IMG/VR virus record: IMGVR_UViG_3300020027_000007
Span: 1 to 62,149 of that record
DNA length: 62,149 bases
Strand: one strand, 5' to 3'
DNA from: a virus
Taxonomy: Duplodnaviria; Caudoviricetes
Part shown: positions 18,459 through 27,151 of the stretch, one piece after another
Layout of the letters: each line of letters begins with the position of its first letter
How positions within the stretch are numbered: the first letter of the stretch is position 1
Made by a program: the position numbers and the translations under genes
The notes under the pieces: generated by a model
Seen by the model: the letters and a program-made list of their open reading frames with translations, nothing else
What the model was told of the DNA's origin: nothing
The model's database searches: none

Positions 18459-19106
18459 ATGCAGGGCATCGAAGAGTATTATGAGAAGTGGAACAAGGAC
18501 ATCGAGTTTGCAAACGAGGTCCTATTCGACCAGTTCGGCGGTGGAGAGAACGCCTTCGTCATTGACGAGGTAGCTCTGTTCTTCCGGGACCGAACGCAGG
18601 CCATGCAGTGGATTCTTGACCAGGTTGGCAAGGACGGAGTCACACTGTTCAACTACGCCCAAGACGAGGTACACACGCACCCGTTCAACACGGACTACGA
18701 CGTGCACTACTACTTCCTCTCGACGCCGTTCAAGTACCGAGTAGAAGCGATGGCCTTGGGCAACGGTCTGAGCCCGCTGCACGAGAGCTTGCGTCCGTAC
18801 GCCAGCAACGAAGCTCACGACCCCGTTGGTCCGAGGCCTACGGTGCACTACAGCTTCAAATGTCAGGACGCTCCTACGTATCACCGGGTGACCGATTGGC
18901 TCGGGAAGATGGAGTTCGGACACGTGCAGACCTGCCGCTCCACGTACGGGCTGTTCTCCTACTGGAGCATGAGCGAGAACGTAGACCCCAATGGCACCAT
19001 GGACGTCTACCTCAAGCCGCGCGTTAACACCCGAGACGAGCGTGTCCCCGTTGACCTCGGCCCACGCCCCGACGGTGGCTATCTCAGCGCGAAGGCGGGC
19101 AAGTGA
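18459..19106 (+). CDS. Hypothetical protein, possibly VOC/glyoxalase fold
   Basis: IDEVAL...YRVEAM...HYSF pattern weakly resembles VOC metal ligands; coupled to the SDR gene. Confidence 0.5.
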   Translation: MQGIEEYYEKWNKDIEFANEVLFDQFGGGENAFVIDEVALFFRDRTQAMQWILDQVGKDGVTLFNYAQDEVHTHPFNTDYDVHYYFLSTPFKYRVEAMALGNGLSPLHESLRPYASNEAHDPVGPRPTVHYSFKCQDAPTYHRVTDWLGKMEFGHVQTCRSTYGLFSYWSMSENVDPNGTMDVYLKPRVNTRDERVPVDLGPRPDGGYLSAKAGK

Positions 19107-19780
19107 GCGTCTTAGTGGTTGGCTCCTCCCCCGACTCCCTCGGCGCCGCAGTCCGAGACGCCTTGCAAGCAAGGGCTCTTCGAGTCGTGACGGCTGGCAT
19201 CACCGGAGAGGAGCGCTACCTGGATGTCACGGACCCGGACAATTGCAAGGACGTCATACTGCGTACTCGACCTAAGCAAATCGTAGTGACGGCTGGCATC
19301 AACCATGGCTTCACTCTGCGGGCGGAGGGTTTGCGGGGGGCGATGCACGAACACATGGCCGTCAACTATATCGGAGTCATCACGGTGCTGACGGCATGGC
19401 TTGAAGCACGGGCTGAATACTCCGAGACTTCGAACGGTCAGTTCGTTGCCATCAGCTCCAACTCGGCGCACATCGCACGACGCGGTTCGATGGCGTACTG
19501 CGCAAGCAAGGCGGCGCTCAGTATGGCGCTACGCTGTGCGGCCCGAGAAACGGCCGAAGAGGGGTTGCTGGTGTACGGCTATGAACCGGGTCTCTTGGCC
19601 GGTACGCCCATGACGCAGCAAGCCGCGCAGGACTTTCCTGGTCCGCTGCACCGCATGCCGGGGGTGGGCCAACTCGGCTTGTCTACAAGGGATTTCGCCC
19701 GCACCATCGCCACGAACTTGCAGCACCCGAACCAAGCTCTGCACGGTGCAATGCTCCGTCTCGACGCTGGCGAGCAGTAA
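19103..19780 (+). CDS. Short-chain dehydrogenase/reductase (SDR)
   Basis: LDVTD, TAGIN, ISSNSA, YCASKAAL (YxxxK), YEPG. Confidence 0.88.
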   Translation: MSVLVVGSSPDSLGAAVRDALQARALRVVTAGITGEERYLDVTDPDNCKDVILRTRPKQIVVTAGINHGFTLRAEGLRGAMHEHMAVNYIGVITVLTAWLEARAEYSETSNGQFVAISSNSAHIARRGSMAYCASKAALSMALRCAARETAEEGLLVYGYEPGLLAGTPMTQQAAQDFPGPLHRMPGVGQLGLSTRDFARTIATNLQHPNQALHGAMLRLDAGEQ

Positions 19781-19859
19781 CAAGAACTGGATGAGTTGAA
19801 ATGCGGGCGGGTCTGCTATTGACCTGCTAGCTTGGCAACGACAAGGAGGGCAATTGACA

Positions 19860-20324
19860 ATGAAGAGTTACACGCTGATGCAGGAGAAACATCTCTTGGA
19901 AGACCTTGAGGACCGCAAGGTCATTCGGGGTAACAACACCGACGAAGAGCCAAGGCAGGGTCGCATCGTTGCCGTGAACAACAGCGGCCACATCGGCCGC
20001 GTCTGGGTGTTGTGGTCCGGCGAGCTCGACCCGGCCTCACACCGACCCAACGAGCTGATGCTGCTTGACAAGAACGACGCGTTCCGCAAGAAGCTCTCGT
20101 GGCACGGCAAGCGCTTTGGTGAGCTGGATGCCTTTGTGCAGCAGGCGAAGCGCGAAGGTGTGCTGCCCGACGCCAAGCTGAATGACAACGAGCCGGGTAC
20201 GCACGTGCACGTCAACGTGCCGTTGCCGCTGGTGCCTACTGAGCCGGGCAAGCACGACCACGACTTCACCGAGAAGTGCATGCCGCTGTGTCCGGCGTTT
20301 CGCTTAGACCCCGGGGATAGCTGA
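19860..20324 (+). CDS. Hypothetical protein
   Basis: AAGGAGGG RBS; TGATG coupling to the next gene. Confidence 0.7.
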   Translation: MKSYTLMQEKHLLEDLEDRKVIRGNNTDEEPRQGRIVAVNNSGHIGRVWVLWSGELDPASHRPNELMLLDKNDAFRKKLSWHGKRFGELDAFVQQAKREGVLPDAKLNDNEPGTHVHVNVPLPLVPTEPGKHDHDFTEKCMPLCPAFRLDPGDS

Positions 20325-20758
20325 TGGGCAAGGTGTACATCGCGGGGCCCATGTTCGGGTACCCCGACAAGAACAAGGCGTCGTTTCAGTTCTGCCAGGA
20401 CATGCTGGAGAACCTTCACGACGTGCCGCCGTCTCTCATCGCCAACCCGGTAAGCATTCCGGCGTACGAACACGGCGAGGAAGCTTGCCCCGGTGGGCAG
20501 CGCAAGGTCAGCGAGTTCGACGAGCACGGTGCGGGTTGCTACTACCGAACCGACATGTTCGAGCTCCTGCAGTGTGAGCACGCCATCTTCCTGCCTGGTT
20601 GGGAGAACAGCGTCGGGTCACGACTGGAGATGCAGGTCGTTACGGCTTGCGGAATCCAATTGCTGTTCATGGACATGAAGACGGGCGAGGTGTACAACAC
20701 GCTAGCCGAGACGTTGCGTCTCGACTGGTGGCGTCCGTCCGACGAGCAGCCGCAGTAG
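20324..20758 (+). CDS. DUF4406 / nucleoside 2-deoxyribosyltransferase-like protein
   Basis: KVYIAGPMFG...NP...D...LLQCE..FLPGWENSVGSRLE signature. Confidence 0.8.
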   Translation: MGKVYIAGPMFGYPDKNKASFQFCQDMLENLHDVPPSLIANPVSIPAYEHGEEACPGGQRKVSEFDEHGAGCYYRTDMFELLQCEHAIFLPGWENSVGSRLEMQVVTACGIQLLFMDMKTGEVYNTLAETLRLDWWRPSDEQPQ

Positions 20759-20892
20759 TTCCACATCATTGCCAACGGCCCATAGGGTCGATTGGTGCGC
20801 TAGGTTTGCTTCACTGCCCCGGCTGGTGGCCTGTACGCCAGGCATCTTCGGACCGGTCGGGGCTCACAAATACCAACGAAACAAGGAGAACC

Positions 20893-21585
20893 ATGTTCAA
20901 GACCATCGGCCGCCTCGCGGCCGTCGTAGCGGTGGCGGCCCTCGCCTTCACCGGTGCGGCCACTGCCAACGCTGTTGACTACGACGTCGCCAAGGCCGCT
21001 GCCACCGTGCAGCCGGGGGCCGAGACCGTTGGACCCCGCGAGATCAAGGACCACACCGTCGGCAACGGCGAACTCATCGACAACGGCGTCGGCTGGAACA
21101 AGCTGGGTTCACAGATCCGCATCGACATCGCCAACAGCGACGTTCGGAAGCCGGGTGTCGTTCACGAGGCGGCGCTCGACGCGGCACTGAAGGCCAAGGT
21201 CAACGCACCCAACGTCGGCGGTCTGACCAGCGCGTACTACGCCGTTGCCTTCTACGACAAGGGCGACACGAACGCCGGAGCCATCGCGACGGTTGCCTGC
21301 AAGGTGGAAGCCGACATCGCCATCAGCGGTGGTGCGCAGACCGTGGGCCTCGACGCCGGAGCCAACTCCCGCAACACCCCGGTGAACAGCAGCTTCCCGG
21401 GTCGCATGGACTGGACTACCAACGCGCCCAAGGCCAACCGGCTCGACGGCTGGGTCGTGCAGTTCGGCGGTAACGCTGGCACCGTGAGCGACAAGGCTCC
21501 CGAGAAGGTCAAGGTCTGGGCGCTGTGCCTGCCGGGTGCGGAGCTGCCAGTCGTGCAGACCTACACCCAGTCCGAGGACGACTGA
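20893..21585 (+). CDS. Secreted protein with Sec signal peptide
   Basis: AAGGAG RBS; MFKTIGRLAAVVAVAALAFTGAATANA|V (AxA cleavage site); two Cys. Confidence 0.8.
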   Translation: MFKTIGRLAAVVAVAALAFTGAATANAVDYDVAKAAATVQPGAETVGPREIKDHTVGNGELIDNGVGWNKLGSQIRIDIANSDVRKPGVVHEAALDAALKAKVNAPNVGGLTSAYYAVAFYDKGDTNAGAIATVACKVEADIAISGGAQTVGLDAGANSRNTPVNSSFPGRMDWTTNAPKANRLDGWVVQFGGNAGTVSDKAPEKVKVWALCLPGAELPVVQTYTQSEDD

Positions 21586-21629
21586 CCAACTGACTGACCA
21601 CCGCTGTACCCCCTCCTAGGTGGTCCCTT

Positions 21630-21667
21630 GCGGCTCGGCTCGTTGCCCTCACCAACGACCGAGCCGC
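21630..21667 (+). terminator. Hairpin after secreted-protein gene
   Basis: gcggctcgg-ctcgttg...caacga-ccgagccgc. Confidence 0.5.
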
Positions 21668-21698
21668 TTGGAATACCCTTGATAGGAAAGTAGGAGCC

Positions 21699-22277
21699 AT
21701 GAGCAATCTCATCGACCACGCAAAGCGCGAGCTGGAGCTGGTTGGGCAGTACGAAGAAGACCCCGCGTTCGCGGTCTCGGTACTGGCTGCCGTGTCCGCG
21801 TTCGCTGCGTACCCAGGGCATTCGGGCGGTAGCGCGTTCGCGGGCATCAGCATGATCAGCGACCTGTTGCAGTTCAAGAACCTCAGCCCGCTGACCAACG
21901 ACCCGGCCGAGTGGGTGCACCACGGACCTGACACGTGGGGGCAGCCGGGCGGCATCTGGCAGAACGTGCGCAACGGCAGCGCGTTCAGCGAGGACGGCGG
22001 CCTGACGTACACGCTGGTTGACGAGGACAAGAGGGCTGAGCCGTACCGCACTCGCATCACCCACGACAACAGCGGGCAGCTGTTGTCTAAGGCAAGGATG
22101 CTGCCGGTCGAAAACCACGACGACTCCATGAACGCTGCGATGCCCTACGAGGGAGACACGCAGGACGCCATCGTCGGCATCCGCTGTGCGTGCGGAAAGA
22201 TCATCCGAGAAGATGAGTTTGTCGCGCACTGCAACGCCAACAGCCCGGGTAAGCACTTCGAGAAGCGGGGCGAGTGA
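21699..22277 (+). CDS. Hypothetical phage protein
   Basis: AGGAG RBS; HAKRELEL...GHSGGSA...LSPLT...EW pattern that I recall from other phage hypotheticals. Confidence 0.75.
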   Translation: MSNLIDHAKRELELVGQYEEDPAFAVSVLAAVSAFAAYPGHSGGSAFAGISMISDLLQFKNLSPLTNDPAEWVHHGPDTWGQPGGIWQNVRNGSAFSEDGGLTYTLVDEDKRAEPYRTRITHDNSGQLLSKARMLPVENHDDSMNAAMPYEGDTQDAIVGIRCACGKIIREDEFVAHCNANSPGKHFEKRGE

Positions 22278-22417
22278 TGGACCACGATTGGGCAGAGATC
22301 GGCAGGCAGTACGAGGTACTGCGCACCGGTACCGCAACCCGCATCGATGGCCCCGGGTACAAGATTTATCGGGTCGGAGAGATCATCCGCATCGACGTCT
22401 CGAAGAACGGAAACTGA
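22277..22417 (+). CDS. Small hypothetical protein (46 aa, not in ORF track)
   Basis: MDHDWAEIGRQYEVLRTG...; TGATG coupling on both sides. Confidence 0.6.
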   Translation: MDHDWAEIGRQYEVLRTGTATRIDGPGYKIYRVGEIIRIDVSKNGN

Positions 22418-23484
22418 TGGCCGAAGGCAACGAGTTGCAGCGGTGGGCTGACAAAGCGATGTTCCAGAGCGAGGCGATGCCGTTCAACGTCAACGAGACG
22501 GGGCCGCGCGTGCACCTGATTGGCATGACGGCTGACCCGCTGGGCCACATCGCGGCAGCGGCCAAGATGTATAAGGGCGAGGTAGTGCGCAGCCTCTCGG
22601 ACGTCACGTTCGCCGAGCGGGGTTCGTACCTGCGCGAAATCATGGCGACCAAGCTCAAGGCACCGTTTGAGTTCGTCAAGTTCCATTTCATGATTGAGGG
22701 GGTGACTCGTAGCTTCACGCATCAGATGGTGCGGCAGCGCACAGCGGCGTACGCGCAAGAGTCGCTTCGCTTTGCTGTGAAGGAGAACCTAGATGAGGAA
22801 GTGCTGTTGCCTCCCTCCCTCGCTGGCCTGCCCGCAGACCACCCTCAACGCGTCTTGTGGCGGCAGGGGCTCAACCGCCTCGACGACGTGTACAACGCTC
22901 TCATTGCCGACGGGGTGCCTGCTGAAGACGCACGCGGCCTGCTGCCGCACAACGTCACGACTCGGTTGCACTACACCACCGACCTGCGGGCATTGCAGGA
23001 CCATGCTGGCAACCGGTTGTGCACCCAAGCTCAGTTCGAATGGCGCAGTGTCTTCGTGCGCATTGTCGATGCCATTCGCAACTACAAGCCACACGCGGCC
23101 ATCATCAAGTCCACGACGACCAACCTTCCCAAGGATGTGTTGGACGCCATGGCCTTCCTTGACTCTAACGAGTCCTGGCAGTACGAGGCCATTGCAGACT
23201 TGTTCCGACCCGTCTGCTACCTCACCGGCAAGTGCGAGTTTCAGGCGGAGTTCGACCGGCCCTGTTCCATCCGTAGTCGGGTGCAGGCCAACCACGACAT
23301 CGGGCGACCGAGCAAGGATTGGGACACCGAGCACGACACGGTTGACCCTCTGACCATTGTGGCTGGTGTCGGGCCGCAATCCGTTATTCGAGAAGAGTTT
23401 GCCGAGGGCAACATTCATCGCCCGGTTTTCATCGGCGCCATCCAGCCGCACGAGTGGCTGACAGACCCCGGTGCAGCCCGGTGA
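22417..23484 (+). CDS. thyX: ThyX-family flavin-dependent thymidylate synthase with non-canonical RQR motif
   Basis: PFEFVKFHFMIEGVTRSFTHQMVRQRTAAYAQESLRF, GVPAEDARGLLP, RLCTQAQFEW. Confidence 0.88.
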   Translation: MAEGNELQRWADKAMFQSEAMPFNVNETGPRVHLIGMTADPLGHIAAAAKMYKGEVVRSLSDVTFAERGSYLREIMATKLKAPFEFVKFHFMIEGVTRSFTHQMVRQRTAAYAQESLRFAVKENLDEEVLLPPSLAGLPADHPQRVLWRQGLNRLDDVYNALIADGVPAEDARGLLPHNVTTRLHYTTDLRALQDHAGNRLCTQAQFEWRSVFVRIVDAIRNYKPHAAIIKSTTTNLPKDVLDAMAFLDSNESWQYEAIADLFRPVCYLTGKCEFQAEFDRPCSIRSRVQANHDIGRPSKDWDTEHDTVDPLTIVAGVGPQSVIREEFAEGNIHRPVFIGAIQPHEWLTDPGAAR

Positions 23485-23696
23485 AGAGGTACCGGCTTCG
23501 CTGGCCGTTTCAGTGGATTGAGGTCACCGAGTATGAGTGGCGTCGTTCGCTGTACGGGCGGTTTGTTTGGTACTACGCCACCAAGACCGGCGGCCCCGTT
23601 CTCAAGGGCGAGGCGCACTGGTGGCAGGTCAACGGTTTCCTGTTCCAGGCAAAGGGAAAGAACGTTGGCATCGTGTTCCGTAGGCACATCAAATGA
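23481..23696 (+). CDS. Hypothetical Trp-rich basic protein
   Basis: GTGA/ATGA coupling. Confidence 0.55.
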   Translation: MKRYRLRWPFQWIEVTEYEWRRSLYGRFVWYYATKTGGPVLKGEAHWWQVNGFLFQAKGKNVGIVFRRHIK

Positions 23697-23917
23697 CTGG
23701 GGCAGAGATGAGCAGCATTGACGACGGACGGGACCTGCGGGTGCCCGGTGGGGTAGGGGCGGCTATCCGAATGGGCCTCGCTGAGATTGTGCAGCGACTC
23801 CAGGTCAGCACACCCCTCACGGCGACCGAAGCGGTCGAGCACATCCGCTACGAGCTGAACGTTCTAAAGGGCAACTACGTCAAGCAGGGAGACCAGGATG
23901 GGAAAGGGTCGGAATGA
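23693..23917 (+). CDS. Hypothetical protein
   Basis: ATGA coupling on both sides. Confidence 0.55.
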   Translation: MTGAEMSSIDDGRDLRVPGGVGAAIRMGLAEIVQRLQVSTPLTATEAVEHIRYELNVLKGNYVKQGDQDGKGSE

Positions 23918-24882
23918 ACGGGATACAGCAGATGAAAGACGAGCTGCTAGCGCAGCGCGCACTCCTCGGGGGTCTGACGAACCAGGACCTCTGCCAGCGG
24001 TACGCGAGGGTGACGGAGCAGGAGTGGCGGGCGATGCCAGCGGGGAATCTGGTGGCCTGGCAGGACGAGCTGACCGACCGTGGCCTCGTGGCGCAACTGG
24101 AGCGCGACCTACAACTGCACACCCTGCCGCACTGGAGGGTGCTGCAGAAGAGGGGTGCCGAGGGCACGGACGAGGCACTGGTCGCACTCCGGGAGACCTG
24201 GAACCAGGCGAAGGCTCAGCTGTTGCCGATAGCAAAGGTTCTCGGTCTGAGCTCGGAGCCGGTGGACCGGGCGGACCGGTTGTTCTTCACTCGCCTGGCC
24301 AACGACTCGCGCCATCCGATGACGGCGGAGACAGTGGAAGCTCTGATGAGAATGAGCCACGAGGACCGGGTGGCTCGGGTGGAGCTTTGGGTGGAGGATC
24401 GGGAGGGGAGCGGGTGGCCAGTCAGTCCGTCAACGGAGGAGTGGCTCCAGAACCCGTTATCGGTGGAGACCGGCCGGGTCGCGGGTGGGTTGCCCAAAGC
24501 AACGGAGTCACCTACCCCATCCGAAGCTCCGACGGGAGGTTCGCCGAGATCAAGGGCGTCGACAATGTCTGGCGACCTGCAGACAGGACCTCCGATTGTT
24601 GCGGCTGCGGAGCCGGGCCGAGTGATCGCCCAGCCATCTTCCGGGGCGAGCTCTGGTGCAGCGACGCCTGTCGAAAATGGCTTGCAGACCGAGGTGTACT
24701 TGAGGCTGCCACTGAACGCAAAACGTGACGCGTTCGTGCACGACGGCTTCCTGTACGTACGGCGTTCGGTGCTGCAGGACTGGTGGAGTCACCTCAACTC
24801 CGGCAAATGTTGCACACAGCAACGGTCGGGTCTTTCGGGCCACTCGTCCTCGTGCTGGATCTACCAAGATGCCGTACGTTAA
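23914..24882 (+). CDS. Hypothetical protein; its middle overlaps a nested ORF
   Basis: 322-aa ORF with good codon bias at both ends and a low-complexity Ser/Pro/Gly middle. Confidence 0.65.
   Translation: MNGIQQMKDELLAQRALLGGLTNQDLCQRYARVTEQEWRAMPAGNLVAWQDELTDRGLVAQLERDLQLHTLPHWRVLQKRGAEGTDEALVALRETWNQAKAQLLPIAKVLGLSSEPVDRADRLFFTRLANDSRHPMTAETVEALMRMSHEDRVARVELWVEDREGSGWPVSPSTEEWLQNPLSVETGRVAGGLPKATESPTPSEAPTGGSPRSRASTMSGDLQTGPPIVAAAEPGRVIAQPSSGASSGAATPVENGLQTEVYLRLPLNAKRDAFVHDGFLYVRRSVLQDWWSHLNSGKCCTQQRSGLSGHSSSCWIYQDAVR
24414..24728 (+). CDS. Putative nested zinc-finger protein (104 aa) in an alternative frame
   Basis: GGAGG at 24402-24406 then GTG; GC3-rich codons at about 24500-24670; CCGC...AIFRGELWCSDACRK motif. 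Confidence 0.5.
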   Translation: MASQSVNGGVAPEPVIGGDRPGRGWVAQSNGVTYPIRSSDGRFAEIKGVDNVWRPADRTSDCCGCGAGPSDRPAIFRGELWCSDACRKWLADRGVLEAATERKT

Positions 24883-25147
24883 GGTCGTTGTTCCTGACCG
24901 TACGCTTCCGCATCAAATCATCATCAGCAACGTTCAGAAGACCGCTCGGCTTACTGTGTCGTGCAACTGCATGCCGGTTCGGGTGGGCGGTACTCAGAAG
25001 CCAATGATGACATTTGCTGAGGGCACCGATGCAGCGAAGCTGTTGCATGCATGGCGAATCACGAAGCAACATCGAACACACCAAGCGCCATTCGACTACG
25101 CGGCCATTAACGCTTCGCGGCGTGGGCCTACGTACCGGCTGGCCTAG
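24869..25147 (+). CDS. Hypothetical protein
   Basis: MPYVKVVVPD...HQI...CNC...H; fills the gap before the resolvase. Confidence 0.55.
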   Translation: MPYVKVVVPDRTLPHQIIISNVQKTARLTVSCNCMPVRVGGTQKPMMTFAEGTDAAKLLHAWRITKQHRTHQAPFDYAAINASRRGPTYRLA

Positions 25148-25237
25148 CGGGGAACAGGCAGGGTCGGGCTTAGAACGCAGCTTGCGGGCTGGTTTGTGTA
25201 CTGGGCCCGACCCAGCTTCTCAGGAGGGCAGGAAGCA

Positions 25238-25810
25238 ATGGACGTACCCGAGGGCAGACTCGTGGTCTGCAGCTTTGATCCCGGTATTCGTAGCGGGTGG
25301 TGTTGGTATGACCTCGACCGAATTGAGATGTGCACGCAGGGAACGCGCATTGGTCTCAAAGGCGGCGAGACGAACTTCGGCCAGTTTGATTCGTCCAAGG
25401 GCGAGCGATACGCGGTCGACCAGATGGTGCAGCTCACTAGGCGGTGCTGGGAATGGGCGGACGTCGACGAGGAGACGGACACGTTCATAGTCACAATTGA
25501 AAACTTCACGTTGCGCGACATCGTGAATACGGGCCCGGAGCTCCTATCTCCGGTACGCATGACAGCCCGGTACCTGGATAGGCTGGAGACGTCAGGCATC
25601 GCCATCTGGACCCGGTGCAGCGCATCGGAAGCCAAGAACACCGTGACCGACCAGCGGCTCAAGTTGTGGAACCAATACAGCTCGTCGTCCGGAGAGCATG
25701 CGCGTGATGCGCAACGGCACGGCATCCTCATTGCTCGCAAGTATGCAAGCGACCTCGGCTTCCGCCAATGGGCGGGCGTCGGCCTATCGAAGAAGGAAGT
25801 CTCAGAATGA
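25238..25810 (+). CDS. RuvC-like Holliday junction resolvase
   Basis: SFDPGIRSGW, VTIENF, HARDAQRH acidic catalytic pattern. Confidence 0.72.
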   Translation: MDVPEGRLVVCSFDPGIRSGWCWYDLDRIEMCTQGTRIGLKGGETNFGQFDSSKGERYAVDQMVQLTRRCWEWADVDEETDTFIVTIENFTLRDIVNTGPELLSPVRMTARYLDRLETSGIAIWTRCSASEAKNTVTDQRLKLWNQYSSSSGEHARDAQRHGILIARKYASDLGFRQWAGVGLSKKEVSE

Positions 25811-26589
25811 TTAAGCGCATCGTGAACACCGACCCGACCTCCCCGGTCCCCGCAGACACCATCGGCATTCTCGAGTCCGTAATCGAGGAGCGTGACAGGG
25901 CAATGCAGAAGTGGGGTGTGCAGTCGCACCCGGATGGTACGGCCGACAGCAAGCTCAACGTCTTCAGCCGTGAAAAGCAGCGGGAGCGCGTTGACCGGCA
26001 GGCAGAGACGAGGAACAGCAACTGGTTCGACATCCTTCTCGAGGAAGTGAAGGAGGCTCGGGCCGAGTCAGACCTCGTTGCCCTGGACAAGGAGCTGTGC
26101 CAGGTGATGCAGGTGTGCCTGGTCTGGCGTGAGGACATCTGGCGTCGGATGGCTGCTATTGACCAGACCGACTCTACGGGTGAGGTAGCTGAAGAAAAGG
26201 CGATGCGGGAGCTGGCTGATCGCGTAAGCACCTCAATGTCACCGGCTCTCAGGTCGCTGAGCAAGGGCTTCAACCCCGGGCGTCAATACATGCTCGATAA
26301 CATCCGGGCTCTCAGGGTGCATTCCAGGGGTCGTTCGAAAGAAGACCTGGATGCCCTTGTGCAGTTGGAGGCTTGGGTGAAGGGACTGCCCGCTTCGTGG
26401 TGGGATGCCAACTTCAAGGCTGAGCCTGCGGAGGCCCAGAGCGAGGGCGGCGATGAGTGGCAGGAAGCTCACGATGTAGAGGTCTCGGCAGCTCTTCAGA
26501 CCCCGTTCCCGGGTGTCGCTGTGCCGTTGCACGGGGCAACTTTTGTTGAGTTTGAAGGTGAGCTGGGTGGTGACTCGAAGAAGGGGTAA
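25807..26589 (+). CDS. Protein with N-terminal MazG-like NTP pyrophosphohydrolase domain
   Basis: EERDRAMQKWG.Q.HPDGT...WFDILLEEVKEA...DKELCQVMQV (EExxE...EL). Confidence 0.6.
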   Translation: MIKRIVNTDPTSPVPADTIGILESVIEERDRAMQKWGVQSHPDGTADSKLNVFSREKQRERVDRQAETRNSNWFDILLEEVKEARAESDLVALDKELCQVMQVCLVWREDIWRRMAAIDQTDSTGEVAEEKAMRELADRVSTSMSPALRSLSKGFNPGRQYMLDNIRALRVHSRGRSKEDLDALVQLEAWVKGLPASWWDANFKAEPAEAQSEGGDEWQEAHDVEVSAALQTPFPGVAVPLHGATFVEFEGELGGDSKKG

Positions 26590-26770
26590 GAGGTTGCCTC
26601 GGGCCCGCAAACGGTCAGACTCGCTGGCGTGGGCAGAGGTGCCGCCACCGCCAGACATGAGCGACTACGACCGCGACAGTTCAGATGAGGTTAGTTCGGT
26701 CCCCCTCCCCCTGGTTGAATCAGGGGTGGGCGGAGCCATTGAGGATTGGGATGACGATGCGTGGCTGTGA
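26570..26770 (+). CDS. Small hypothetical protein
   Basis: Basic N-terminus, acidic C-terminus; fills the gap. Confidence 0.45.
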   Translation: MTRRRGKRLPRARKRSDSLAWAEVPPPPDMSDYDRDSSDEVSSVPLPLVESGVGGAIEDWDDDAWL

Positions 26771-26776
26771 GGGATT

Positions 26777-27151
26777 GTGAGTAAGTCATGGATGGGCAGT
26801 ATCGTTTCAATTGAGCTGGATTGGCACGAGGGATTGTTTGTTGAGACCTCGGCTGCTCCGCCCGCTATTCTTCACACTCCGGGGCACGGTTCAATGCGTG
26901 CCTTTGATACGCCGGTGGGGGTGTGGTTTGATGCCAAGTGCTGCCTCTGCGAGTGGGCCTACGAGATGCGGGCAGGTATGGCGGAGCCGCTGGTGCGGGA
27001 CAAGGGCCAGAGCGTGTCGTACGGGTACCGCACGCCTGACATAGAAGGGATGTTGGGCTGGTGCGGGTACCACCGGAGCTCGTTTACACATAAGCGGGCG
27101 GTAGAGAATTTCAAGAGATTGAAAGGTCAGGAAAAGAAAGGTCAGGGGTAG
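26777..27151 (+). CDS. Hypothetical protein (CCLC...H motif)
   Basis: GAGG upstream; last ORF before the AT-rich gap. Confidence 0.6.
   Translation: MSKSWMGSIVSIELDWHEGLFVETSAAPPAILHTPGHGSMRAFDTPVGVWFDAKCCLCEWAYEMRAGMAEPLVRDKGQSVSYGYRTPDIEGMLGWCGYHRSSFTHKRAVENFKRLKGQEKKGQG

Noticed and set aside
16807-18513. Long minus-strand ORFs (16807-18513, 43282-44898, 36406-37641, 54655-55878, 48749-49894)
   Set aside because: Antisense shadows of strongly biased high-GC genes, with no recognisable motifs
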